From positions 616-64,615 of the forward strand of contig JBGSNK010000015.1 of assembly GCA_041739665.1 (NCBI GenBank): a stretch of DNA of 64,000 nt, given 5' to 3'. Numbering within the stretch: the first letter of the stretch is position 1; every line of letters begins with the position of its first letter. Below are positions 29,139 through 39,498 of the stretch, piece by piece. Origin of the DNA: Bdellovibrionales bacterium (GTDB taxonomy: Bacteria > Bdellovibrionota > Bdellovibrionia > Bdellovibrionales > JAGQZY01). A model generated the notes under the pieces. It was not told where the DNA came from. It saw only the letters and a list, made by a program, of their open reading frames with translations, and did no database searches. The position numbers were made by a program, and so were the translations under genes.

Positions 29139-30437
29139 TTAAACTAGCAACTGCAAACAGGCTAAGGCGACAAGAGTTGGCAACAAGGCTCCCAAAAGAA
29201 GCTTCACCGGGTTGATACCACCGTCAAAAGAACCCTTGAGGATGCCGTATCCAGCGGGGTTAGGGGCGTTGGCAATCACTGTGAGACCTCCACCCGCAAC
29301 AGCACCGGCCACCAAATTGTACTTAGCCCCTTCACTTAAATCGACCAACGAACCCAAGTAGGTTAAAGCGGCATTGTCGGTAATAGCAGTCAAACCAGTC
29401 GCACCAAAAAACAAAGTGATGTCATCAAGAGATGTCAAAACATCTTTAAGCCACCAAGCTTGCATATTCCCTAAGGTCACAAGGCCAGCGAGAAAAAAAC
29501 CGACGAGCAAGGACTCTTTTAACTTAGGCTCATCCTGATACTCTTGGGTCACCGTCATAAAACCTAGGAAGAACAAAAAGAGACCCATAAAGAAAACCAT
29601 ATGGTGAGCGGTGTAAACAACTCCTGCCAAAAATAATATGTGAATTGCAATAATCCACCAGGTAGGGGTCATCTCGTTTTCGTGCTTTTGTTTGACAACA
29701 AGTTTTCCGGTTAGTTCTTTACGAAAATAAAAAGCCGTTGCTGTTGTACAAATAAAAATAGAAATCGCCGCTTTGTAGCCAAAATTAGTGAGCATATGAA
29801 TCATATCCCAATGATACTTGCTGGCCACCATTAGAACCGGTGGCGCTGCAAAATGAGTCAGCGTGCCCCCAATCGAAATATTAACAAATAAGAGGCCAAT
29901 GGTGGCGTACTTAAACTTAGGACTCATCTTTCCTGAGAAAAAATAATCCAAGAGGATCAGGGCTGTCACCGTCATGGCCGCAGGCTCTGTGATAAACGAT
30001 CCCAGAAGAGGCCCAATAATCAAGGCCGAGATATAAAATGACATTTTTGAGCCGAGAGGCAAGATATTGGCCACAAACTGAATGCATCTTTCGGCAAACA
30101 AAATGACAGGGCGAGTTCCTGCCATGACCATGATCACAAAAACAAAAGCAGGTTCCGTGTAATTAATCGATTCTAAATAATGAATAGCGCCACCGGTGGC
30201 ATGGTGATGATCATCTAAGGTCATGACACCTTCAAGTGAGATATAAGCGATTATAAACAATCCAGCCCAGATACCAAAAATGGCTTCCACTTCGCCCAGG
30301 AAATGAAAGAGATTCTCTCGAATAGAGCCTTCGGGATATTTGTGGGCCATGGCCTCAAACTTTGTTGCGATAAAAGTATGACAGACAGCCAAGGCAAATA
30401 AGACTGTGGCTATTATCTCAAGGGTGCTTGGATTCAT
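29139..30437 (-). CDS. Polytopic membrane transporter, DUF1504/putative Na+/H+ antiporter-like
   Basis: About 11-12 TM helices; the N-terminal region IIATVLFALAVCHTFIATKF resembles that family. The ATG at 30437 follows GGAG; the track's longer start is unlikely. Confidence 0.5.
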   Translation of the reverse strand: MNPSTLEIIATVLFALAVCHTFIATKFEAMAHKYPEGSIRENLFHFLGEVEAIFGIWAGLFIIAYISLEGVMTLDDHHHATGGAIHYLESINYTEPAFVFVIMVMAGTRPVILFAERCIQFVANILPLGSKMSFYISALIIGPLLGSFITEPAAMTVTALILLDYFFSGKMSPKFKYATIGLLFVNISIGGTLTHFAAPPVLMVASKYHWDMIHMLTNFGYKAAISIFICTTATAFYFRKELTGKLVVKQKHENEMTPTWWIIAIHILFLAGVVYTAHHMVFFMGLFLFFLGFMTVTQEYQDEPKLKESLLVGFFLAGLVTLGNMQAWWLKDVLTSLDDITLFFGATGLTAITDNAALTYLGSLVDLSEGAKYNLVAGAVAGGGLTVIANAPNPAGYGILKGSFDGGINPVKLLLGALLPTLVALACLQLLV

Positions 30438-30638
30438 GATGTGAACTCCTGCTGGGGATCTACCTGGTTGTTTTTTCATTCTATGGCTTTGTCCCCAATA
30501 GAACAACAGTTTAGCTCGACACCCACTGGACTGAGGTCAAGTGCTTGACTTGGTTAAAAGAGCGGTCGAAATGGATTCAGAACTGAATAAATTTCAAATG
30601 ATCTGTCCTCGATTGCGGAATTCACATAAGGTCGACAA

Positions 30639-31709
30639 ATGCTGTCAATCTTACTTTTTCATGTCTTTTCTTTTGGGTCTGAGTACCACTGCTCGACCAT
30701 CTTTGATCAGGATACACAATCTGTTTATTTAGAGTTGTCCATGGCCACCGCTAGGTTTGAAGGCTTGGCGACAAAGTTTAAAGGTGAGCATGGTTGGATT
30801 TTGAAGGTTGATGACGGAGTGGACTTTAAAAACTATCAAGATTTTATTTTTGATGCCGAAACTGACAGCCTTTTTCTTTCTTCCCATCTTTTTGATAATC
30901 TAAATTTTGATCGCCTTTTTGAAGTTCTTGAAAAAGAGATTCCACAACACTTAGAGACTCAAGTAAAAGCTCATCTCTGGATGCAGGAAAGGTTTGGTTT
31001 TTCTGTTGATGCCAATGGATTTGTTGACCCGCAAAACTCAGCGTCTCGTTTTGCTCGCGCCCTCAAAGGATTAAAAGAGAACCATGGAATTCAAATAAAT
31101 GTGACAGATCCTAAGACCGGCCCCCATCTTTTAGGGATAGCCCGCGATGAATCCTATATCGCCTTATCTTTACAGTACTTAGACCCACAAGAGGAAAGTC
31201 TTTTGATCGGCTTTCTTGTCCACGAAGCGACTCACAACACAACCAAAAAGCGATTTCAAATGCAGAACCTTTCCTATAAGCAATTTTTATACTACGCTGG
31301 TCGTAGTATTCAATTTCATCCTATGGGACTCACTCAGAAGTCCCAGCCCTTTGGTTACGACACCTCTTACCGTGCCGATGAATTTGAGGCTTACCACAAA
31401 CAACTACTGACCATGAATCAAGATCCAAGAAGCCTGAGTCAAGACATTCAAGATCTGAGCTGGAGAACTCATCGCTTTCAAAGTCAGCAGAGTCTTTGGA
31501 TTAAAAGGATTTTGCTTAACAACACACCTCCTTTTCTAGAAAGAGTTGATCAACAAACACAGGTTACTTTTAGTGAGAAAAGTTTGTTAGGCGGAATGAG
31601 ACTCACAGTTCGCCTTGGGTCCTATTTTAACAATCAAGAAGAGGCCATCGCTTTGGCGCGAGCTATCATAGTTGATCGCCATGAAGTTCTGCAAAAGATA
31701 GCATTCTGA
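30639..31709 (+). CDS. Hypothetical protein with an HExxH motif
   Basis: Only landmark: LIGFLVHEATHNT (HEATH). Start uncertain (30639, or the ATG of MATARF about 100 nt downstream). Confidence 0.45.
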   Translation: MLSILLFHVFSFGSEYHCSTIFDQDTQSVYLELSMATARFEGLATKFKGEHGWILKVDDGVDFKNYQDFIFDAETDSLFLSSHLFDNLNFDRLFEVLEKEIPQHLETQVKAHLWMQERFGFSVDANGFVDPQNSASRFARALKGLKENHGIQINVTDPKTGPHLLGIARDESYIALSLQYLDPQEESLLIGFLVHEATHNTTKKRFQMQNLSYKQFLYYAGRSIQFHPMGLTQKSQPFGYDTSYRADEFEAYHKQLLTMNQDPRSLSQDIQDLSWRTHRFQSQQSLWIKRILLNNTPPFLERVDQQTQVTFSEKSLLGGMRLTVRLGSYFNNQEEAIALARAIIVDRHEVLQKIAF

Positions 31710-31716
31710 ATTGAGT

Positions 31717-33828
31717 CTAAATCTGCTCTTGCAGCCAAACAAAAAAGGCGTAGTCGTCGGCAACCTCGCGCGTGCGAGCAAAGCGCCCGGTCACTCCACT
31801 GTGACCCGCATCCATTTCCGTGCGCATAACAAGCCAAGTCGGTGCGGTATTGTGTAGGCGCAGTTTCGCTAACCATTTTAAGGGCTCCCAATACTGAACC
31901 TGTGAATCGTGATATCCGGTTGTGATCAACAGATGAGGATAGTCTTGCTTTGTTATATTGTCGTAAGGCGAATAAGATTTTATCATCTTATAATCCGCTT
32001 TGACATTGGGATTGCCCCACTGTTGATACTCACCTACGGTAAGCGGCAAAGTCTCATCGAGCATCGTGCTCAGAACATCCACAAAAGGGACAGCGGCATG
32101 CCCCCCTCGATAGAGGTCAGGGCGCTGGTTGATAACGGCCCCAACTAAAAGACCACCTGCGCTGCCCCCACGAAGATACACTTGTTTGGGATGGGCGTAG
32201 CCAGATTGGATCAAGTACTCGGTCACATCAATGAAATCATGAAAGGTGTTCATTTTGTTTTTAAGTCGGCCCCCTTCGTACCACCAGCGACCCAGCTCCT
32301 GACCGCCCCGTATATGAGCGATGGCATAAACAAAGCCACGATCCAATAAGCTCACCAACGAGGACTGAAAGTGAGGATCCATAGAAATTCCATAGGATCC
32401 ATAGCCATATTGCAAAAGTGGATTTTTGCCTTTTTTAAATTTATCCTTACGGTAAACAAGGGAAATGGGAATCTTTTGGCCATCTCGCGCTGGCGCCCAA
32501 ATTCTCTCTGTTTTATAAAGACGGGAATTGTAAGTCGGAACCTCTGTTTGTTTGATAAAATGAGTTTTTTGACTTGTAATTTCATAATCATAAAAGGTCT
32601 GCGGAGTTGTTAAAGACGAGTAAGAGTAACGAACTTTCTTGGCCTTGGGATTTCGGTTCATAGCCAGGTAAGACACGTAGGCTGACTCTTTGAACGGAAT
32701 GCGTTGCAAAAGCCAAGCTTGTCGGTTGTAAACTTCAATTTGAGTGAGCCCCTGTTCTCGCCCCTGCAAAACTATAAAGTTGTCCAGCACTAAAAAACCT
32801 TGCATCAAAAAATCTTTGCGGTGGGCAATAATTTTTTTCCAACTGGTTTCTGCACTTGCTGTTTTTTTTGTTTGCCACATCTGAAAATTTTCGGCACGTC
32901 CTTTATTGCTGCGAATATAAAAAACATCATCACCGTCTTCGAGTTCGTAGATATGATTGTGTTGTCTTTTCTTGAAGAGTTTGATTTTTGATTTTGAATT
33001 GTCTGCTGCAATATAATGGTACTCTCGGCTGTCAAAACTCTCGGCAATAATAAAAATTGTTTTTTTGTTTAAACTCTTTTCTAAACTAAGGCCATAAAGC
33101 TCATCGGGCTCTTGTAAGACAAGCTCTTTTTGATTCCGCTCAAGACGCGTACGAAACACACGATCAGCCCGCAAGGTTTTCTTATCCTGTTTGACATAGT
33201 AACCAGTCTGGTTGTCGTTGAACCAAACCCATTCACCCGTTGTGTTGGGAATATGCCAATCTAAAATTTTATTGGTTTCTAAGTTTTTAAAATGAAGTGT
33301 GTAAAAGCGACGTCCTACTTTGTCTACAGCAAAAACCAACATTTTGTGATCAGGCGACGGAGCCACGACATGAGCCGAGTAATACTTCTTACCTTTGGCC
33401 AATGTGTTCACGTCCAATATGATCTGCTCGGGATTTTTAAGACTCCCGTGTTTACGGCAGTAAATTGGGTACTCTTTTCCTTTTTCGTAACGAGTGTAGT
33501 AATAAAAGTTGTCCACTTTATAAGGTGGTGTGGACTCATCTTCTGAGATTCTGTTTTTCATCTCTAGAAAAAGTTGATCGGCAATGGGTGCCGCCGTCTT
33601 TAAAACCTTTTGCGCGTATTCATTTTCCTGATTGATATAATTTAAGACCGGTTCGGCATCGCGCTCACGCATCCAAAAAAACGGGTCGACTCTTTTGTCC
33701 CCATGTTTTTCAAAGATATGATTTTGTTGTTGAGCCTGTGGTGGAGGGAATTGAGAAATATTATGTTGCATACTGAAGCAGCCTACTAAGCCCAAAAAAA
33801 TGGGCATTGAAATGATTTTAATTAACAT
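31717..33828 (-). CDS. ptrB: Oligopeptidase B / prolyl oligopeptidase family (S9A) lipoprotein
   Basis: N-terminal beta-propeller region. GGSAGGLLVG (Ser nucleophile), GYHDSQV and DAGHSG (Asp/His). A start at 33828 gives the signal MLIKIISMPIFLGLVGC; the track's extension overlaps manC. Confidence 0.85.
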   Translation of the reverse strand: MLIKIISMPIFLGLVGCFSMQHNISQFPPPQAQQQNHIFEKHGDKRVDPFFWMRERDAEPVLNYINQENEYAQKVLKTAAPIADQLFLEMKNRISEDESTPPYKVDNFYYYTRYEKGKEYPIYCRKHGSLKNPEQIILDVNTLAKGKKYYSAHVVAPSPDHKMLVFAVDKVGRRFYTLHFKNLETNKILDWHIPNTTGEWVWFNDNQTGYYVKQDKKTLRADRVFRTRLERNQKELVLQEPDELYGLSLEKSLNKKTIFIIAESFDSREYHYIAADNSKSKIKLFKKRQHNHIYELEDGDDVFYIRSNKGRAENFQMWQTKKTASAETSWKKIIAHRKDFLMQGFLVLDNFIVLQGREQGLTQIEVYNRQAWLLQRIPFKESAYVSYLAMNRNPKAKKVRYSYSSLTTPQTFYDYEITSQKTHFIKQTEVPTYNSRLYKTERIWAPARDGQKIPISLVYRKDKFKKGKNPLLQYGYGSYGISMDPHFQSSLVSLLDRGFVYAIAHIRGGQELGRWWYEGGRLKNKMNTFHDFIDVTEYLIQSGYAHPKQVYLRGGSAGGLLVGAVINQRPDLYRGGHAAVPFVDVLSTMLDETLPLTVGEYQQWGNPNVKADYKMIKSYSPYDNITKQDYPHLLITTGYHDSQVQYWEPLKWLAKLRLHNTAPTWLVMRTEMDAGHSGVTGRFARTREVADDYAFFVWLQEQI

Positions 33829-33856
33829 GAAGTCTTCTCTTCTCGGTTTTAGACCT

Positions 33857-35251
33857 TTAAGTACGATGGTAGTCGTCCTCGTAGCGTGTGATATCACTCT
33901 CAGAAAAACTTTCGCCCAACTGCACTTCGACAAACTTGAGAACCTCAGTCGCACTCGTGTTGCGCATGCGATGCTTGGAGCCGGCAGGGACGGACACCAC
34001 TTCACCGGAATGAACAGGAATGATTTGATCGTCGAGGACCACCTCTCCTTGCCCCATTACGGTGACCCAAATTTCACTTCGCTTTTGGTGAGATTGATAG
34101 GAGAGCTGTTGCCCCGGATCTACACTGATAATTTTGGTTTTGAACTGGCCTGGCTCCTCATAAAGATTTTGGTAATCACCCCATGGACGGGACTCAAAAG
34201 TGTGATCGACCATCAAAGGTCTATTTTGCTCTTTGACAAGTTCGGTCAATTGACGGATCTCCTGGGAATGCCCCTTTTTACTGATCAAGAGAGCATCTGG
34301 TGTGTCGACGACTGTTAAATCGCGAACGCCCAGAAGATACACACCTTTATCGACGAGAGAAAAGACAAAGTTGTTTGTCGAGGAGAACTCTTCCTTCTTG
34401 GCAAGAGAACTCAACGGATGGAGCAAGTCAATTTTGGCTAGATCATCCCAAGATCCTAAGTCCGACCAACCCATCTGACAGGGAATATTTACTAAATTAT
34501 TTATTTTTTCCATCACACCGTAGTCAATGCTCTGGGATTTCAGTTTTTGATAAATGATGTTTAAATTCGAAAAATCATCTTTGAGCAGAGAGAGTTCCGC
34601 CCAAAGCTGTGGCATATGGGTTTGCAAAGACATTATCATTTGTTGCACAGTGAAGACGAACATCCCAGAGTTCCACACATAATTTCCAGATTTTAGGTAC
34701 TGCTCTGCTCTTTCAAGATGGGGTTTTTCAGTAAAACCCTTAACAGAAAAGGCTTTAAGCTTATTGTCCTCTTTCAGCACTTGCTCATTGAGCTGGATGT
34801 ATCCAAAACCGGTGGACGGATGAGTGGGTGTAATCCCCAAGGTGACAATGTGGTCAGACAAGGCCAACTCCTGGGCCAAAAGAATCGCTTTTTGAAAAGT
34901 TTCATCATCTTGAATCCAGTGGTCCGACGGGAAGACTGCCAAAATCTCTTCAGTGCGTCCTTGAATTTGAAAAGCTCGCACCGCAAGCGCAATAGCAGGT
35001 GCGGTATTTCGACCCACGGGCTCGTACAAACATTTTTGCACCTGAAGTTGATCGGTTCGAATTTGTTTTTCTGTCAAATCCTTGAGACTTTCGGCCGTGC
35101 AAACCCAAACTTCACCCAAGGCACTTAATCGTTCGACAGTCTGGGTGAACAAACACTTTTTAAAAAAAGGAGCAAAGGGTTTGGGTAACTTTTCTCTGGA
35201 AACAGGCCAAAGACGCTCGCCCTTGCCCCCCGAAAGAACAAGGGAAATCAA
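33857..35251 (-). CDS. manC: Mannose-1-phosphate guanylyltransferase / mannose-6-phosphate isomerase (bifunctional, cupin C-terminus)
   Basis: LSGGKGERLWPVSR nucleotidyltransferase motif. C-terminal cupin (RPWGDY...SYQSHQKRSEIW..GEVVSVPAGSKHRMRN). The likely TTG start at 35251 follows GGGAGG and overlaps the metF stop. Confidence 0.85.
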   Translation of the reverse strand: MISLVLSGGKGERLWPVSREKLPKPFAPFFKKCLFTQTVERLSALGEVWVCTAESLKDLTEKQIRTDQLQVQKCLYEPVGRNTAPAIALAVRAFQIQGRTEEILAVFPSDHWIQDDETFQKAILLAQELALSDHIVTLGITPTHPSTGFGYIQLNEQVLKEDNKLKAFSVKGFTEKPHLERAEQYLKSGNYVWNSGMFVFTVQQMIMSLQTHMPQLWAELSLLKDDFSNLNIIYQKLKSQSIDYGVMEKINNLVNIPCQMGWSDLGSWDDLAKIDLLHPLSSLAKKEEFSSTNNFVFSLVDKGVYLLGVRDLTVVDTPDALLISKKGHSQEIRQLTELVKEQNRPLMVDHTFESRPWGDYQNLYEEPGQFKTKIISVDPGQQLSYQSHQKRSEIWVTVMGQGEVVLDDQIIPVHSGEVVSVPAGSKHRMRNTSATEVLKFVEVQLGESFSESDITRYEDDYHRT

Positions 35252-36273
35252 GCGTACCTCCCTTGCAACTCTTTCATAGCCTCTTGGCAAAGAGCCACAT
35301 CTGATAAGACAAAAATGTGGATACCGGGGGCTCCACCGCCTTTTAAACGATCGACTAATTCTAAGAATGGAACAAGAACACTAAGGTCGATAATGTTTTT
35401 ATCGTGCTCTTTCGGCAATTGATTAAAATACCAATCGGGAACGGAACAACCAAAACGGGTTTTCATTACATCAGCTTGTTTCTGGGAGCGCAAAATACGT
35501 AAGCCAGGTAGGATGGGCTGATCGCAGCCCCTTGCCTGTAAACTTTGAGACAGCTGGATATAGGGATTTGGATCAAAAAGCATTTGGGTGATGCCAAACT
35601 CAGCTCCCGCCTTAAACTTGAGTTCTGCAAAGTGCAGTCGCTCTTTTAGATCGGGATGTTCAGGATAGATAGCAGCACCTATGCAAAAATCAGTGGCCTC
35701 TCGCGAAGAGACCTTAAATCCCTTGCGCTCTAGAAATTCTCCTTTGTTGAGCTTTTGAATTTGCTCAATCAATTGGAAAGCATAGGAATAACCACCGAGA
35801 GGAGGTGTCCAATCCGTCTCTCCCATGGGCGGATCCCCACGCAGAGCCAGGATATTACGAACTCCGAAATAATGATGATCCACAAGTTGATTTTCGATGT
35901 CCTGTGGAGTTAGATCCCGGCAAGTGAAGTGGGCAATGCAAGGTTTGGCAAACTGATCTTTAATGGTTTGGGCGATGGGGAGGCTTCCTCCACGTAAAGA
36001 TCCGCCCGCTCCTTTTGTAACAGAGAGGAAGTCCACACCACTGGCCACAATTTTATTAAGACCGGCCATTGTCACCTGCATCTGCTCGCCATTTCGCGGC
36101 GGTATCACCTCTGCCGAAAGGGTGAAGGCCTTCTTTTCCAAGACCTCTGTGACTTTGCAGTCTTTGAGGTAGCCCATAGAGGTTCTTTCTGATTCTGCAG
36201 ATTCAGTTTGGCCTGCCAAATTGTCGTTCATATTCATCCCATCCTCTAGATAACGCGCAATGCTAATTGGCAC
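35248..36273 (-). CDS. metF: Methylenetetrahydrofolate reductase
   Basis: ..FLSVTKGAGGS.., ILALRGDPP, and a TIM-barrel-length body. Start uncertain (an internal ATG at 36237 has a better AGAGGA site). Confidence 0.8.
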   Translation of the reverse strand: MPISIARYLEDGMNMNDNLAGQTESAESERTSMGYLKDCKVTEVLEKKAFTLSAEVIPPRNGEQMQVTMAGLNKIVASGVDFLSVTKGAGGSLRGGSLPIAQTIKDQFAKPCIAHFTCRDLTPQDIENQLVDHHYFGVRNILALRGDPPMGETDWTPPLGGYSYAFQLIEQIQKLNKGEFLERKGFKVSSREATDFCIGAAIYPEHPDLKERLHFAELKFKAGAEFGITQMLFDPNPYIQLSQSLQARGCDQPILPGLRILRSQKQADVMKTRFGCSVPDWYFNQLPKEHDKNIIDLSVLVPFLELVDRLKGGGAPGIHIFVLSDVALCQEAMKELQGRYA

Positions 36274-36327
36274 TTAATATACCACATCTTTGGACTTTGC
36301 CCACTCTTCTTATAGACTTAGAGAGGC

Positions 36328-38181
36328 ATGAAAAACAACCTTGTACGACTCTTGTTCGCAGGAATTTTTATTTTTTCACTTCCTGTGCACGCGGGTCTCG
36401 AGTACGACTCCGCGGCCAACAAAGTTGAGATATATGGTCCCTACATTAAATACAATATTCTCAAGCCTCCCTACTCTTTAGGCCGATTCTCGTTTAACCC
36501 TGAGGATATCCGCGTCGAAGGCTTTGCAAATCCTGATTCTGAAAATAGTGAGGCTGAAGTCCCTCTCGAGCTGCGAGCCATTTGGCCACGTTTTTTGATG
36601 GATTATGGTCAACTGCAAATTCTAAGTTTGAGTGGACGCGTTCTCTTGACCCAGAACTTTCAAAACTCCGATTTAGCTGAAGACCAAAAGTTAGCGCAGC
36701 TTCCTTTAAGCGATAGCTCCCAGTCCTTTATAGAAGTTCTAAAAGAAGGCTTTCAACTTTGCCTGTCGCAAAAATATAAAAAATCTTTAGTTGATGCATG
36801 TTCCAGTTATTTTATCTACTCAGATGGAAAGTTCGTAGAGAAACTGTCCGGCAAAAATATAGGGTCTGTTATTTTTAACGGCAAAAAACACCCTAAAAAT
36901 GCCCAGATTATTTTAAGTGATGAGAAAAAAGGTCTGTCTCTCGAAATAAAGTTCAAGTCTGGTTTTCGGATAACTATCCAAGATGAAATACGCCGTCTAA
37001 CCATGGATAATTTACTTATCGACCCAAAGGAGCAACGTATTGGTGTGGTCGATGGCGGTGGTCAAATTCGCCCAACTCGTCTAACCACTCGCGGACAAAT
37101 TTTTTCTTTTATGAAAGAACAAAATTATTTTATCAATGACTACAAAGGACAAAAAAATTGGTCGGATAAATTTGAAGAAGCTGAAATGGAATTCGCCCCA
37201 TATGAGATTGGCGCCTCATTACAACTTTTTGGTTTGGTACTTCCTAAGATTCCTCCTGCTTTTGAGTTTAGCTTGAATGAAAAATCTCCTATTGCCACAT
37301 ACAGCCCCTTTGTATATCTCAAGGGACGCAAAGGACCCACTGAACAACTGGCGGCCAAAGAGAAGGGGGAACTCTTGGTCAACACAAATGAAATTGATTT
37401 TATATGGAAATTTAAGACTGAAAAAAAAGCAGAGGTCAATCGCAATTACCTTAGCCTTCAACACAAAGGTGATAACTACTTCTTTTCAAATCGGATTTTT
37501 AGAGCCCACAAAACATCTGTCTCGGCCAGTGCAGCTTTGTCCACAAGCCCAACTCTTGATATTGTTCCTGGTTACAACTTTACCTTCGATCATTGGTTTG
37601 AAGAAATCTGGAACACGAGTAGCCTTTCCTACCAACGCTGGGGAATCAAAGGAAACATTTATGAAACTGTTAAAGGTTTTAAACCCTCTGAGAATTACCC
37701 TGAAAGCATAAGTGTCTTACCCATAAACCTTGACCTTCTCTACCGATTTTCGCCAGGAGTAAAACCTGTGCAAAGCAGCTTTGGAGCGGGTTTGCGGTAC
37801 ATGCGCTTTAAACTCTTTCGCAGTATCAGCTCTGACATTGAATCCGAGCTCTTGGGAGTTGGCACTTTTTGGCACACGGCTCCACAAAAAATCGTAGACG
37901 ATATTTTTAACGTGGTCCCATTTTTTCGCTACCCCAAATGGATGGAACTCAGTTTTTTCTACTATCCCTTGATCATTGGAGGTGAGACTGCTGGTTTTTC
38001 TTTCTCTTGGCAGGCGCGTGGCCAGATGTACTTTGCTAAGAACTGGTTTCTAGATGCTTCTTTTAACGTGAACAACATTGCTTTCAAGCGAACAAAACTC
38101 GAGGGTGTGACCGTCGGAGCTGATTCCTTTGGAATTGGAACTGCACATGGAACCATCGGGGTTGGTTACTTATTTAATTAA
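36328..38181 (+). CDS. Secreted hypothetical protein, probable outer-membrane beta-barrel at the C-terminus
   Basis: Signal peptide (..IFSLPVHAG). The C-terminal ~250 aa show alternating hydrophobic strands and end in ..GTIGVGYLFN. Confidence 0.5.
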   Translation: MKNNLVRLLFAGIFIFSLPVHAGLEYDSAANKVEIYGPYIKYNILKPPYSLGRFSFNPEDIRVEGFANPDSENSEAEVPLELRAIWPRFLMDYGQLQILSLSGRVLLTQNFQNSDLAEDQKLAQLPLSDSSQSFIEVLKEGFQLCLSQKYKKSLVDACSSYFIYSDGKFVEKLSGKNIGSVIFNGKKHPKNAQIILSDEKKGLSLEIKFKSGFRITIQDEIRRLTMDNLLIDPKEQRIGVVDGGGQIRPTRLTTRGQIFSFMKEQNYFINDYKGQKNWSDKFEEAEMEFAPYEIGASLQLFGLVLPKIPPAFEFSLNEKSPIATYSPFVYLKGRKGPTEQLAAKEKGELLVNTNEIDFIWKFKTEKKAEVNRNYLSLQHKGDNYFFSNRIFRAHKTSVSASAALSTSPTLDIVPGYNFTFDHWFEEIWNTSSLSYQRWGIKGNIYETVKGFKPSENYPESISVLPINLDLLYRFSPGVKPVQSSFGAGLRYMRFKLFRSISSDIESELLGVGTFWHTAPQKIVDDIFNVVPFFRYPKWMELSFFYYPLIIGGETAGFSFSWQARGQMYFAKNWFLDASFNVNNIAFKRTKLEGVTVGADSFGIGTAHGTIGVGYLFN

Positions 38182-38219
38182 TCAGCACGCTTTAAAATAT
38201 ATCCCTATATTTCACCACA

Positions 38220-39329
38220 CTACTCAAAGTGGGAAGACACTTTCTTTACACTTTCCACAACATAAGCCACATGGTCATCGGGCATATCGGCATAAAGGGG
38301 AAGGCTTATCACCTCATCACAAACAGATTCTGTGACGGGCAAAGGATCTTTAGGACGATATTCGGCAAGGGCTGGTTGCTCATGCATGCCTTTTGGATAA
38401 TGGATGGAAGTGGGTACTCCAATTTCGGCCAGAGCTTTTTGGAACTGGTCGCGTTTTTTCACCCGCAAAGTGTATTGTGCAAAAACTGAATCACGATCCT
38501 CCTTGATAAGAGGTGTTATCAAAGGCTCAATTCCTTGAAACTCTTCTGTGTAGATATTGGCGATACGCTGGCGTTGCTCGATCTCCCAAGGATAGCGTTC
38601 AAGCTTTCCGAGGATCACGGCACATTGAATCGTATCCATACGACAGTTAAAACCCATGCGGGTGTGGTGGTAGCGACCAGATTGCCCATGCACCCGAATT
38701 TGTTTTAGGATTTCGTAGTGTTCTTCAGTTTGGCAAAAAACAGCTCCACCGTCACCGTAGCATCCCAAAGGCTTAGCAGGAAAAAAACTGGTGCAGCCAA
38801 AAGCACTCAGGTTGCAACTGGTTTGCCCTTGATAACGAGCACCAAAACTTTGGGCCGCATCCTCCATAACAGGAATATTGTATTTGCGAGCCAACTCGTT
38901 GATCTCTTTCATGTCGGGGACCTGTCCATAAAGTGAGACCGGTGCGATAGCGCGTGTCTTGTTAGTGATCAAAGCTTCGACTTGGCTAACATCCAAGTTA
39001 AAGGTGCGAGGATCAATGTCGGCAAAAATAGGAACAGCACCAATCAAGGCAATCACTTCAGCTGTTGCAAAAAACGAGAATGAGGGAACAATAATTTCAT
39101 CACCAGGCTTAACATCATGAGCAAGAAGCGCCATCAACCAAGCATCTGTCCCGCTAGCAGCCGTCACGCAGTAAGGAGCCCCCACAAATTCGGCCAACTT
39201 TTGCTCGCACTCTTCGACCTCGGGTCCTAGAATATACTGCGCCTCTTTGAGGACTTTCTGAATACGTTCATTCATTTGTGACTCTAGGGCTTGATACTGA
39301 ATGGTTAAATCCAAATACGGAATTTGCAT
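38220..39329 (-). CDS. DegT/DnrJ/EryC1/StrS family PLP-dependent sugar aminotransferase
   Basis: ..GTDAWLMAL.., and SFFPAKPLGCYGDGG (PLP-Lys region). Typical length of 369 aa. Confidence 0.85.
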   Translation of the reverse strand: MQIPYLDLTIQYQALESQMNERIQKVLKEAQYILGPEVEECEQKLAEFVGAPYCVTAASGTDAWLMALLAHDVKPGDEIIVPSFSFFATAEVIALIGAVPIFADIDPRTFNLDVSQVEALITNKTRAIAPVSLYGQVPDMKEINELARKYNIPVMEDAAQSFGARYQGQTSCNLSAFGCTSFFPAKPLGCYGDGGAVFCQTEEHYEILKQIRVHGQSGRYHHTRMGFNCRMDTIQCAVILGKLERYPWEIEQRQRIANIYTEEFQGIEPLITPLIKEDRDSVFAQYTLRVKKRDQFQKALAEIGVPTSIHYPKGMHEQPALAEYRPKDPLPVTESVCDEVISLPLYADMPDDHVAYVVESVKKVSSHFE

Positions 39330-39498
39330 GGAGGGAACCTCGTGTTTTAAGTTGCTTTAGAGTTTATACGCGAATTTGGTTTGGTTTCAAGTAGCACCGA
39401 GGAAGCAAGGGCTCTGACACAGTGTGGACATCATGGTGGTCCTGTAGCCAAGGCCTAGGCTTTTATTTAGACTGGTCTCCAAGTGAGGATGATGTCAA

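Noticed and set aside
36268-36283. TGGCAC upstream of the 617-aa secreted protein gene looked like a sigma-54 -24 element.
   Set aside because: The position where the -12 TTGC(A/T) should be reads ATAC. The spacing to the start codon is short, and no matching site was found upstream of other genes near the sigma-54 activator.
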